A model generated the notes under the pieces. The model did no database searches and was not told the origin of the DNA. It saw nothing but the letters and a program-made list of their open reading frames with translations. Positions 27,491 to 36,017 of a stretch of 62,121 bases of DNA are shown here, piece by piece; position 1 is the stretch's first letter; every line of letters starts with the position of its first letter. A program made the translations under genes and the position numbers. Origin of the DNA: a virus (taxonomy: Duplodnaviria; Caudoviricetes); IMG/VR virus record IMGVR_UViG_3300029787_000032, positions 1 through 62,121 of that record. One strand, written 5' to 3'.

Positions 27491-27880
27491 CTAAACTAGA
27501 AGATCTTGGAGCATGTCCCATTGGACAAGGTCATGCGTATCGTGGACAACGAACAACGGCTCGTGGTTCGTTAATTTTACTCGTGGTTCGCTAGCTAGTG
27601 TACCTTGAAAAAGTTTTACGGCTGACTGACAACGGCTCGTTGTCATAATAAATTTGGAGCCGTAATTGGTCAGATGAAAGGCGACTTGGTGGGCTGAAAA
27701 CACTATCGTATCGGAGGCATTTGTTACTTTAAGTTCCACTGTAAAAAAATGGCTATTGGCTTGGCTTCCAATAAGGTCTGGGAAGCCTCGATTGACAGAA
27801 TTTTCTATTCTATTCCAACGAATTCTGGGGGTACGTTGTTTAATGAGTTTCCATAATTTTGTTTCGTTTTTACCACTCAT
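27491..27880 (-). CDS. PD-(D/E)XK nuclease, VRR-NUC/Holliday junction resolvase-like
   Basis: E..LW, RIEN....GFPDL, VELK, SAHQVAFH. Confidence 0.8.
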   Translation of the reverse strand: MSGKNETKLWKLIKQRTPRIRWNRIENSVNRGFPDLIGSQANSHFFTVELKVTNASDTIVFSAHQVAFHLTNYGSKFIMTTSRCQSAVKLFQGTLASEPRVKLTNHEPLFVVHDTHDLVQWDMLQDLLV

Positions 27881-27921
27881 TATTCAACGGAACATTCCTT
27901 TATTACATTTGATTATTTAGC

Positions 27922-28351
27922 GAGAGAGAGCATACTCAGTAGCCACAGGTTTAAACTGATTTTGGATATCCTCGGCTGTACACTCCCTCTCCATTAAATG
28001 CTTGAGGCTACTCGTCAGCAGTCTAACCTTGCACTTAAATATTTTAGCGAGAGAGTTGCAAGTTGCGGTACCTTAGATTGCCTCTCATATGTATCTTACA
28101 ACTCTCTCTTTACGGCCTTGCGACCTTGCACCTTGGACTACCCTTTCGTTTGTTATATAGACACTTATTAATGTGTCAGCATTCCAAGGCTTGGTATCTG
28201 GTGATTGTTCTGTTTCATTTGTGTTCTGTTCAATCAACAACATAGGTATTAAGATGTACGCCTATGTAGAACCCAGAATATTGTATCGAGAGTTGCAAGT
28301 TGCGATGTACTCATGTTTATCTTACAACTCTCTCTTTTCCTCTAACAAGGA
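27922..28351 (-). ncRNA. Candidate structured RNA cluster (three related hairpins)
   Basis: Stems at 28288-28332, 28049-28108 and 27922-27991; G-U pairs work only on the minus strand; promoter immediately upstream. Confidence 0.55.
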
Positions 28352-28357
28352 ATATTT

Positions 28358-28386
28358 TTTATAGTCTTTGTATCCCATAATGTCAA
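28358..28386 (-). promoter_or_regulatory. Sigma70-type promoter
   Basis: TTGACA-17 bp-TATAAA on the minus strand. Confidence 0.7.
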
Positions 28387-29895
28387 GTACTTTTATATAT
28401 TTTTTTAAAAATAATTAGTCCTTGTTGTCTGGTGTACTCTGGTTCGTTGTATGCTCTATGCTCTCTGTTTGTCCAACGGAGCCATCTATCAAAATTTTCA
28501 TCTTTGGACTGTTCGTTGTTGTATTCAAACTTAAGATCACTTTCCATTATACAACGTCCTCTCCATCTACTAGCACCAACGTAGCTGTTTGATAGCTCTT
28601 GTAGTCTAACCCACATAGTTCGCCATCTATCGAAAGTCCACCTTCTTTAACCAAAATTTCTCTTGCCTTCTCTTCGCTGTCTGCTGTAATTGTGTACCTA
28701 AACCAAGCGGGTACTTCAAACTCGTATGTCATACTCCCCACCCCCAAAAAATAATAGCTCGTACAGGGAAGTAAACGGCTCCCAAAATAACTACAATGTA
28801 CAACCAACCCATATTGCTTATATAACGAGTATATTTTTTCATTCAGCTTTCCTTTTCCATTGATTAAAAAACGTTTTATGAACCCAATTTAAAACTAATT
28901 GTTTGTCTTCCTTTGTTTTAAATTCAAGGTCATTAAGTATTGGCATTATTTTATTTGCGTGTTCATTCATTTTGCCAAAGTCTTTTCTAATATTAATATA
29001 TCTATTATACATTTATTGTACTGTCTCCCCTTGTCTAAGTTCAAAACCAATTATCTTTTCTACCTCAAACAATGACCACATGCTAGATACTACAATGTCA
29101 TCATGTAAGTCCGATAGTACCTCATCTACTGTGACTAGTCCGTGTCTAAGGTGAGTAATTTTCTGATTGATACGTTCCTCAGATAAATCAAACATCTTTT
29201 GTTTGTACATGCTCATTGATCGTACCCCTCTATAATATGATTATCAATATCTCTATAAATGTTAGCGATTGTTTCGTCAGACAACACAACACTATTGAAC
29301 ACTTTGGATACATCACCATCAAATATCACTTCAACTTTGATCTTGCTTAGTTCGTATCTTGGCTCTGCATTATGCTTGTCATCTAACGGAATTGTGTCGC
29401 CATTGTAGTCTACTTCATACATATTACTCATCATACCCCCCATCATATTCGCATTCAAAGTCTTCTTCTCCGTATTGACGGAAATCGTCTTCCTTGATTG
29501 TCGTAAGCTCTTCAACATTAATTTCATTTGACTCACAACGAACCCCTTGAAACAATATATTCTCTCCATCACCAAAAGATTTATCAAACCTGTTATCAAA
29601 CATAATATCAGTAGCTTCGTCTTCACTATCTGCCATAACTCTATAATGCTCGACAAGGTATTCGCCTACTTTTATGTCATAGATTTTTTTACCTATGTGT
29701 TCTTTTTTTATATCTAATTTACTCATTGTTCTTCCTTTCTATAATTCTAATATAAAGATCAACGTCTTCTTTCTTGGCTTCTTGTTCGTCATTAAAACAG
29801 TCAATATTAAATCTGTCTAAAATTTGTTCAAACTGTTCTAACATCTCGTAGTGTCCTTCTTCAGCAGAATAAACTTGTATATTGAGTTCTTTCAT
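28383..29895 (-). other. Run of tightly coupled small early ORFs
   Basis: Includes MESDLKFE.. (ends 28383), MTYEFEVP.. (ends 28547), a TM peptide MKKYTRY.., MYNRYINI.., 29013..29216, MSNMYEV.. (ends 29213), 29424..29726 and 29719..29895. Stops and starts overlap. Confidence 0.6.
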
Positions 29896-29898
29896 TAT

Positions 29899-30267
29899 CT
29901 AACACTCCGCCTCAAACACACATTGACTATTTTCTTCTACACATTTTAAAATTTTTTCACCTAATTCTAATCGTGCATACCACTCGAGCATTGTCCCGTC
30001 TGTTAGATTGATCTCTTCTTCTAACATCTTGTCGTTATAGCCGTCATTCTTTTCAAAAAAGTCGTCCAGTTTTTTCTTCCAATCCCCTAATCTTTCTTTG
30101 CACTCGTCAATGCCTCTTTTTATGTCATCTAAGTTATCTTCATCAAAATAGTATTCTAGTAAACTAGGTGTCGTACCTTCAACACCAAAAAAATCTGCGT
30201 CATTACTATCTTGAACAGCAACCCAAAATTTGCCTTCTATGTCACCATGAAAATATCTACCCATCAT
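29899..30267 (-). CDS. Conserved early protein (MGRY..GDIEGKFW family)
   Basis: 122 aa, acidic, AAAGGA RBS; TTGACT..TATGAT promoter upstream. Confidence 0.7.
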   Translation of the reverse strand: MMGRYFHGDIEGKFWVAVQDSNDADFFGVEGTTPSLLEYYFDEDNLDDIKRGIDECKERLGDWKKKLDDFFEKNDGYNDKMLEEEINLTDGTMLEWYARLELGEKILKCVEENSQCVFEAEC

Positions 30268-30353
30268 TCTTCCTTTCTAATAAATTATTTTGAATCATAA
30301 TCTGATTTGTTTCCCATAGTCAATAGCATTTTATAATTATTTTATTTTTTTTA

Positions 30354-30384
30354 TTGACTTTTTCCACAACCACTAGATATAGTA
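30354..30384 (+). promoter_or_regulatory. terS promoter overlapped by an NrdR-like box
   Basis: TTGACT-18 bp-TATAGT; CACTAGATATAGTA at 30371-30384. Confidence 0.55.
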
Positions 30385-30407
30385 GCTTCAAGGAGAACAG
30401 ATACTAG

Positions 30408-30938
30408 ATGTCGAGAAGAAAGCACCTTACACCCCAACAACTAAAATTCGTTAATCTTTTGGTATACAACGAAGGACGTTTAACGGCTACAGAATGTGCT
30501 GTCCAAAGCGGTTACGCTAAAGAACGAGCAAGGTCGTCAGCTAGTGAACTACAGAATTCAAATTACTATCCTCTCGTTGTACAAGAAATCAACAAGCTCA
30601 GAAAAGAAGTGAACGAGAAATATCGAGCATCTCTGGAAACCCACATGCGCGATTTAGCGGACATCAAGCGTAGAGCACTAGAAGAGAACTCATTTTCGGC
30701 GGCTGTACAAGCAGAAGTTGCAAGAGGCAAAGCGGCAGGACTGTACCACGAAACTAAGACCATCATGCATGGAAAGATAGATCAGCTATCGGCTGAAGAA
30801 GTTCGCAAAGAACTAGAGTCAATAGCCAACCAAATCAATCCAAAGATTGTTGAAGGCAAGGCAGAAGAAATTATAAACAAGAGAAAGATCAAGCGTAATG
30901 AAAAAGAAAAGCAGACCACAAGTAGTGAAGACGCCTGA
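30408..30938 (+). CDS. terS: Terminase small subunit
   Basis: LTPQQLKFV..ATECAVQSGY HTH, SAAVQAEVARGKAAGLY, KIDQLS.EEV. Confidence 0.8.
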   Translation: MSRRKHLTPQQLKFVNLLVYNEGRLTATECAVQSGYAKERARSSASELQNSNYYPLVVQEINKLRKEVNEKYRASLETHMRDLADIKRRALEENSFSAAVQAEVARGKAAGLYHETKTIMHGKIDQLSAEEVRKELESIANQINPKIVEGKAEEIINKRKIKRNEKEKQTTSSEDA

Positions 30939-31290
30939 AGGCGAACCAGAACTAGTCAAAGTAGGCTATAGAGACATACGAATTGAATGGGTGGCGCCCG
31001 ATTTTAGGACAGATGAGCTCACAGACTGCTATGGGCAGTACAAATCTAGAGAAGGACTTATTCAAATACAACATAATCTGTGCGGACAAGAGAAATCTAA
31101 CACTTTATTACACGAAGTAATGCACGCGTGCGCTTACGGATCCGGCCTCAATCAAGCTAACGGCCCTCTCAAGGAGGAGGACGCTGAAGAACTTACAATA
31201 AATCAGCTCAGCAACTATCTAATGGGTGTCTTCAGAGACAACCCTTGGTTCCTTGACTATCTAAAGAAGAACATAGAAAAAGACCTCTAA
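30898..31290 (+). CDS. HEXXH zinc metallopeptidase-like protein
   Basis: YG....GLIQI...NTLLHEVMH...EE. Confidence 0.75.
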   Translation: MKKKSRPQVVKTPEGEPELVKVGYRDIRIEWVAPDFRTDELTDCYGQYKSREGLIQIQHNLCGQEKSNTLLHEVMHACAYGSGLNQANGPLKEEDAEELTINQLSNYLMGVFRDNPWFLDYLKKNIEKDL

Positions 31291-31528
31291 GAGTATTTCT
31301 GCCAGAAATATTTTTAAACAAAATAAAGTTCCGCCCACACGACTCTACAGTAAATTACCTGTAATATGCTAAAATTACCTGTAAATTACCCTAAAATTAC
31401 TTTAATAAACTGTATTAACCTATTGATATATATACATTACGTATAAAAAATTACCAAATTACCTGTAAAATTATTTTTTTTCTCGGTCAGAATATTTTCT
31501 GGCAAAAAAACTCTATAGAGGTAATTTT
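31283..31528. repeat. AT-rich iteron region flanked by inverted repeats (candidate origin)
   Basis: About 7 AAATTAC(CTGTAA) copies; TGCCAGAAATATT / AATATTTTCTGGCA and ACCTCTAAGAG / CTCTATAGAGGT arms. Confidence 0.6.
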
Positions 31529-31732
31529 TGTCCCTTGGCCGTAGACCGTGAGCCGTATACCGTAGACAATGAACCCCCATCTATTCATCAAGACCATAAT
31601 AATACCATATATCGCTGACTTGATCGCGCAGTATCTGTATCTCAGATGAGCACCAGTTCACATCAAGGTATCGATATTGATTGATCGACATAGATGTCAA
31701 CAGCACCATGATCGCAAATAAAAATAATGTTT

Positions 31733-32014
31733 TCATTTTTTTGCTTTTGGTCTCCCCTTTGGTTTACCAGTATATCTGCTTTTTAGGTGTCCGTGAACCT
31801 TTAAATACGCTGTACTGCACCGGTCAGAACAATACTTTTTTTGCCTTTGCCATCTGTTGATTGCGAACTCTTCTTCACAAACAACACAAACTTTGGTGCC
31901 TATAATTCCTACCGCATCACTCATAGGCTTTGCCCCATGACTTTTGTATGTACTTAATAAACTCCTCATCAATGTCTTTGTTGTAGAACGCCTTCCACAA
32001 TCGTCTGATCTCAT
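31733..32014 (-). CDS. Small Zn-finger-like protein (start probably internal, MSDAVG)
   Basis: CVVCEEEF...KYCSDRC, basic tail. Confidence 0.55.
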   Translation of the reverse strand: MRSDDCGRRSTTKTLMRSLLSTYKSHGAKPMSDAVGIIGTKVCVVCEEEFAINRWQRQKKYCSDRCSTAYLKVHGHLKSRYTGKPKGRPKAKK

Positions 32015-32038
32015 TTGCTGTAAACATAATATTCCTTT

Positions 32039-32230
32039 CTATGGATAATAAGCCATGACCAATTCTTTATCTGCCACGGCCTTGTCTAAATAAGCTACTG
32101 CATCACGAACTTTTTTGCTGACTCCTTTTCCATGGTGATCATCAACAAAATGACACAATGTATTTATTGCCTCACACAATTCGTGTTGTGTGATGTAGTT
32201 GTCTCTATCAAAATCTGCGCTTGTTAGCAT
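32039..32230 (-). CDS. Hypothetical protein
   Basis: 63 aa, AAAGGA RBS. Confidence 0.55.
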   Translation of the reverse strand: MLTSADFDRDNYITQHELCEAINTLCHFVDDHHGKGVSKKVRDAVAYLDKAVADKELVMAYYP

Positions 32231-32258
32231 AAGTATTCCTTTCTGTCTTTCCCCTTAT

Positions 32259-32378
32259 TTAAAGTTCATCAAACCAATAATCATCTTGAAGCAACTCTTT
32301 CTCCAGTTGTTGCATTAAATTTAGAAGTTCTATGATTTTATCTTTACTTATATTGTTTAAATCTATTTCTATTGTCAT
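32259..32378 (-). CDS. 39-aa peptide (not in ORF track)
   Basis: AAGGAG RBS, MTIEIDLNNISKDKIIELL..; TTGACA-17-TATATA promoter upstream near 32470-32496. Confidence 0.55.
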   Translation of the reverse strand: MTIEIDLNNISKDKIIELLNLMQQLEKELLQDDYWFDEL

Positions 32379-32645
32379 GTTACTCCTTCTTTGCGCTGTC
32401 TCGTTTTGGGTTTTCATGTCAAGCATTGCTACACTACTAAAGCCAAAACGAGAACAATTAATGTACTATATAATGCTAGTTCTTATATCTGTCAAGTATT
32501 TTTTATCGTTGTCTTCCTTGACCACGATATGGTTTAAAAGAACGGCGCTTGCTCTTGTTCATTGTGCTTGTGATGGGGTTGCGGCCTTGACTTGTGCCCT
32601 TGAACGTTGGTTCGTGGTGCGTTTCTCGTTGAAATTTTTTAGCCA

Positions 32646-32864
32646 CTAGATAATACCACTTTTGCGCGCTTCCATAATCTTTTGTTCGGCAAGTGCGGCC
32701 TCTTGATCGCGTTGAATTTTTTTGCGCTTCTCTAATAAAGCATACAGATGCCCACCCCAGATAGTCTTCATACTGACGGGCGTTGTAAGGTCATCATACT
32801 TTTGTTGCAGTCTTGTTATCCTGCGGTTCAATGTGATTTGATCTTTAAGTCTTTTGTTAATCAT
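32646..32864 (-). CDS. Hypothetical protein
   Basis: 72 aa, GGAG RBS, coupled to neighbours. Confidence 0.55.
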   Translation of the reverse strand: MINKRLKDQITLNRRITRLQQKYDDLTTPVSMKTIWGGHLYALLEKRKKIQRDQEAALAEQKIMEARKSGII

Positions 32865-33039
32865 TGGTTCTCCCTTCTACGTTGACATGATATACTAAAA
32901 CCTCTGCTGTACACTTAGGGCACGATAAGTTTGTGACGACCATGTGCTGTTCTTCTTCGTTGTCTTCCCACTCGGTGTCGTGATCACCACCCCAAATCAA
33001 TTCGTGTCCACAGCTCCAACATTTCATTTGTCTATACAC
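32857..33039 (-). CDS. Zinc-ribbon protein
   Basis: CWSCGHELIWGGDHD...NLSCPKC. Confidence 0.7.
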   Translation of the reverse strand: MYRQMKCWSCGHELIWGGDHDTEWEDNEEEQHMVVTNLSCPKCTAEVLVYHVNVEGRTND

Positions 33040-33263
33040 AATCCGTTATCTAAAACTATTTTTTCATCTGTTTCAATCCAGACTCTTGCACCACAAGATA
33101 AAGGCTTGTCCTTAGCGTAAACCACTTTAGATGGCCCTTGTATGTCCACTTCATGAGCATAATTATTTGACTTGTACGTTTTGACTGTCAACACAGGCTC
33201 GTTAGTGTTGTTCTTTTTATTGCTTCTTATCTTATGCATATTTACATGTATTATTTTTTTCAT
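33024..33263 (-). CDS. Conserved phage protein
   Basis: IHVN.H.I..N, GPSKVVY..DKPLSCGARVWIET. Confidence 0.7.
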   Translation of the reverse strand: MKKIIHVNMHKIRSNKKNNTNEPVLTVKTYKSNNYAHEVDIQGPSKVVYAKDKPLSCGARVWIETDEKIVLDNGLCIDK

Positions 33264-33483
33264 CTATAGTTCTTGTATTACAATTATTAAACGATACTTT
33301 TCTTTTGCACCTATAATAGTGTTCGGTACAAGATCAATCTTTTTTATGTCAAATGATGTGTTAGGCCGTGAACCAAATCCCATGGGTACAGCAAGAGATA
33401 CTCTGGCGTTCGCACCTTCCGGGCTTGTACAAAACTTTTCTAATACAGACACTAGTTCTTTTGTTGTCCAACGTACGCTCATA
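33264..33483 (-). CDS. Hypothetical protein
   Basis: Likely start MSVRWTT after GAAAGGA; start coordinate approximate. Confidence 0.5.
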
Positions 33484-34222
33484 AATCTTCCTTTCGTTCC
33501 TCTGATTGCAACCAAAATACCAATAGATAGCGATCACCGTCTTCGACTGGTAAACCCCTGTGTAAGTGAGTAAAACTAGGAAAAATAAGACCATGTCCGT
33601 TAGGCAACGGCGGTACAACTCCTCGTCCAAAGAACTCTGTACCTCCACCTTTGTAATCTCCGGTGTTCAACGGCACCACCATACTGATGTCAGCGCTCGT
33701 GTCATGGTGCCATGCTGTCTGACTGATGTCTCGTGGGTTGTAGTTCGCGACTTGAATGCCACCGCCCACAACTTCTCTGTTCCACAACGTTTGAAAGACC
33801 ACATTGATTTTAGAGATAACAAGTTTCATTAACGACAGATACAGGTCTCTCGCATCATTTTGTAAAACAAACTCATTGATCTGATGTTGTTTTAGTTCGC
33901 TGTAGTTTGGTTCAAATGTAAATTGTTTTTCCATGTTCCGCACTTCGTCCATGAATACAGAGCAAAACTCTTCTGAAAAGATAGGCAAGGTAAACACCTC
34001 ATTCAACGGTTCGTTGATCGTGTTTCGTAGTTTGGTAGGCTCGGGATCTTCAAGGCCTTCTTCGTTCTCGAAACGTTGCATAACCGGTAGCGCACCATTG
34101 ATCAAAGGCAATGTCTTATCATCGATGAACCATTCAGAGGCCATCAACAACAACGCGTTCTTGTAGATGTACGGTCGCCCAAAGTTTTTTTGAAATCGTG
34201 GTAGTTCAGTTATGTTATACAT
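33479..34222 (-). CDS. 2OG-Fe(II) dioxygenase (PLOD/lysyl-hydroxylase-like domain)
   Basis: P.FSEEFC, WHHD (HxD), YKGGGTEF, HLHRGLPV..GDRYLLV. Confidence 0.88.
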   Translation of the reverse strand: MYNITELPRFQKNFGRPYIYKNALLLMASEWFIDDKTLPLINGALPVMQRFENEEGLEDPEPTKLRNTINEPLNEVFTLPIFSEEFCSVFMDEVRNMEKQFTFEPNYSELKQHQINEFVLQNDARDLYLSLMKLVISKINVVFQTLWNREVVGGGIQVANYNPRDISQTAWHHDTSADISMVVPLNTGDYKGGGTEFFGRGVVPPLPNGHGLIFPSFTHLHRGLPVEDGDRYLLVFWLQSEERKEDL

Positions 34223-34916
34223 CGTGTTCGTTGTAATATTTTTCGCATCGCTTTAGCCATTTGTATTTGTAGTCATCTAACCGTTGGCCGTTGATCGTGA
34301 ACATTTGTAGATCCATACCACGCGACGCCATGAGAACCACACCGGCTTTCATTTCTGTACCATACAGTGCATCGTGCGCCATGCAGTACGCCGCCAACTG
34401 TGTAAAGTAATCATCAATCCACTCTTCTTTCTTCGGTTTGTTTGTCTGCTTAAAATCAATAACTGCGGGCTGTTCACGCCAAACTCCTACACAGTCTGCT
34501 GTGCCACCATAGAACGTGGGGTAGTAAAGAGGAACTTCTGTGCCCCAGTATTCGTCCATTGATGGTAAAGCATTCTTAATAATTGTTTGTGCCATTCTCT
34601 TGGCTATAATACCAATATTACTTTTATCATCATAACCAACACCCTTTATATGACACTCGAGAAATTTGTGCATAGCGGTACCAACAGAAGCCGCTTGATG
34701 CATAACTGCATCTGCTTCTGCGTCGCCAACTTTGTCTCTCCATCGTTGAAGACCCGCCTTATCTTTCTCATCTTTTGTTGCAGATATAACCGTTGTGACC
34801 GAAGGAAGAAGTTTGTTCTCTCCCTCGTAATATCGTTTTCCGTTCACCTTCTTACGTCGAACATCTTTGTAGTCATAACGTTCGGTGATTAATGACTCAA
34901 GATTTTGAATGGCCAT
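34215..34916 (-). CDS. PD-(D/E)XK exonuclease (MGME1/Cas4-like)
   Basis: LPSVTTVI, GTAMH, E, GTAD, IDFK, YFTQLAAY. Confidence 0.88.
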   Translation of the reverse strand: MAIQNLESLITERYDYKDVRRKKVNGKRYYEGENKLLPSVTTVISATKDEKDKAGLQRWRDKVGDAEADAVMHQAASVGTAMHKFLECHIKGVGYDDKSNIGIIAKRMAQTIIKNALPSMDEYWGTEVPLYYPTFYGGTADCVGVWREQPAVIDFKQTNKPKKEEWIDDYFTQLAAYCMAHDALYGTEMKAGVVLMASRGMDLQMFTINGQRLDDYKYKWLKRCEKYYNEHDV

Positions 34917-35079
34917 TCAATCCTAGTTGCTTTGCTTTCTGTGTTGCTAGGTGCTCAATGGTCTTAGCCAAAGATACTTTCATTCCTAACTCAGTTGATA
35001 ACGCAGCAGATACTGCCTTTAGTTCTTTGTATGTCTTTTTATTCACAGAGACAGAACTGTACTTAAGAATGTCGGGCAT
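34897..35079 (-). CDS. Ribbon-helix-helix-like DNA-binding protein
   Basis: YSSVSVNKKTYKELK...SLAKTIEHL. Confidence 0.55.
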   Translation of the reverse strand: MPDILKYSSVSVNKKTYKELKAVSAALSTELGMKVSLAKTIEHLATQKAKQLGLNGHSKS

Positions 35080-35109
35080 TCTTGTTCCTTTCTTTATGTA
35101 TTTCGTCCT

Positions 35110-35298
35110 TTATCTAACGTTAGAGAACTTTTTAGGACCTGTTGCTTGCTCTAAACAAACTTTTAGCTCCTTTAATTGCTCAGTCAAAGAACGATTTTGT
35201 AGTCGTAAGTGTTCGTTCTCCATAACCAAAGCGTTTTTCTCTGTCCAGTTGTTTAAATTGGACGCTAAATTATCGTTATAATCCATGGAAACCTCCAT
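35110..35298 (-). CDS. Small coiled-coil protein (start probably MDYN after GGAGG)
   Basis: Heptad pattern. Confidence 0.5.
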   Translation of the reverse strand: MEVSMDYNDNLASNLNNWTEKNALVMENEHLRLQNRSLTEQLKELKVCLEQATGPKKFSNVR

Positions 35299-35304
35299 AT
35301 TTTA

Positions 35305-35334
35305 TTGTAATCTACTACTAGATGTAGTAGATTA
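35305..35334 (+). promoter_or_regulatory. Promoter with an 11-bp inverted repeat / NrdR-like box
   Basis: TTGTAA-17 bp-TAGATT; TAATCTACTAC-tagat-GTAGTAGATTA. Confidence 0.6.
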
Positions 35335-35365
35335 TGGAAAATTGTCAACAAAAAAAGGAAGAATT

Positions 35366-35671
35366 ATGAGATCAGAATTAGCAGACCGTAGGCCGTGTTA
35401 CGCATTCACTATACAAGACAACAATGGAACACCATACAGACTCACAGTTTCGTTTGAAAATGATGTTGTTAAAGAGGTTTGGATCAATGGTGGAGGCAAA
35501 GCCGGGACAGAACGGTTTGATATATTAACTGAGTTTGGAAGATTAGTTTCAGTTGCATTGCAAAACGGTACACCTCTTGAAGAATTAAAATCGTGCGCAA
35601 CGTTTCATACTGACGGTAGGCCGTCGACAATTGTTGGTGAAGTATTTAATCAGTTAGAAAAACTTAGTTAA
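35366..35671 (+). CDS. Stand-alone TSCPD domain (class II RNR C-terminal, NrdJb-like)
   Basis: R..LADRR...Y.LTVSF...KEVWI..GGKAGT......GRLVSVALQNGTPLEEL...S.IV; start after AAGGA. Confidence 0.7.
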   Translation: MRSELADRRPCYAFTIQDNNGTPYRLTVSFENDVVKEVWINGGGKAGTERFDILTEFGRLVSVALQNGTPLEELKSCATFHTDGRPSTIVGEVFNQLEKLS

Positions 35672-36017
35672 CTTTGTCAGGGTCAAAGTCAGGCTCAAAA
35701 TCAATGTCGAACTCAAGTTCATCGTCTGGTTCAGGTTCTTCATCTTCTTTGTATTTTTCAAAGATTACTTTTAAACGTGAATCTAATTCTTTCATGGCCT
35801 CTGCTGTTCGATCAGAATTAAATGTAAATAAAATTTTATTGTCATCCATGGTCTCAGCCACAGCGAGAGGTATATAAATTAATTTACCATTTTTAAACTG
35901 TTTAAATTTTTGATGACATAATCTACAGAAATAAATGTTGTCTTCAAGGGGTTTCATGTGAGTCAAATGACTACAACCCGGACATAAGCAGACATTGATA
36001 ATGTTATCCTCAGTCAC
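35664..36017 (-). CDS. Zinc-ribbon protein with acidic tail
   Basis: CPGC...CRLC; C-terminal DDELEFDIDFEPDFDP. Confidence 0.6.
   Translation of the reverse strand: MTEDNIINVCLCPGCSHLTHMKPLEDNIYFCRLCHQKFKQFKNGKLIYIPLAVAETMDDNKILFTFNSDRTAEAMKELDSRLKVIFEKYKEDEEPEPDDELEFDIDFEPDFDPDKVN

Noticed and set aside
27922-28332. tRNA genes
   Set aside because: No T-loop GTTC, D-arm or cloverleaf; these are long simple stems.
34215-34916. Cas4 of a CRISPR adaptation module
   Set aside because: Lacks the four-Cys Fe-S pattern and any cas1/cas2; it is a typical phage replication exonuclease.
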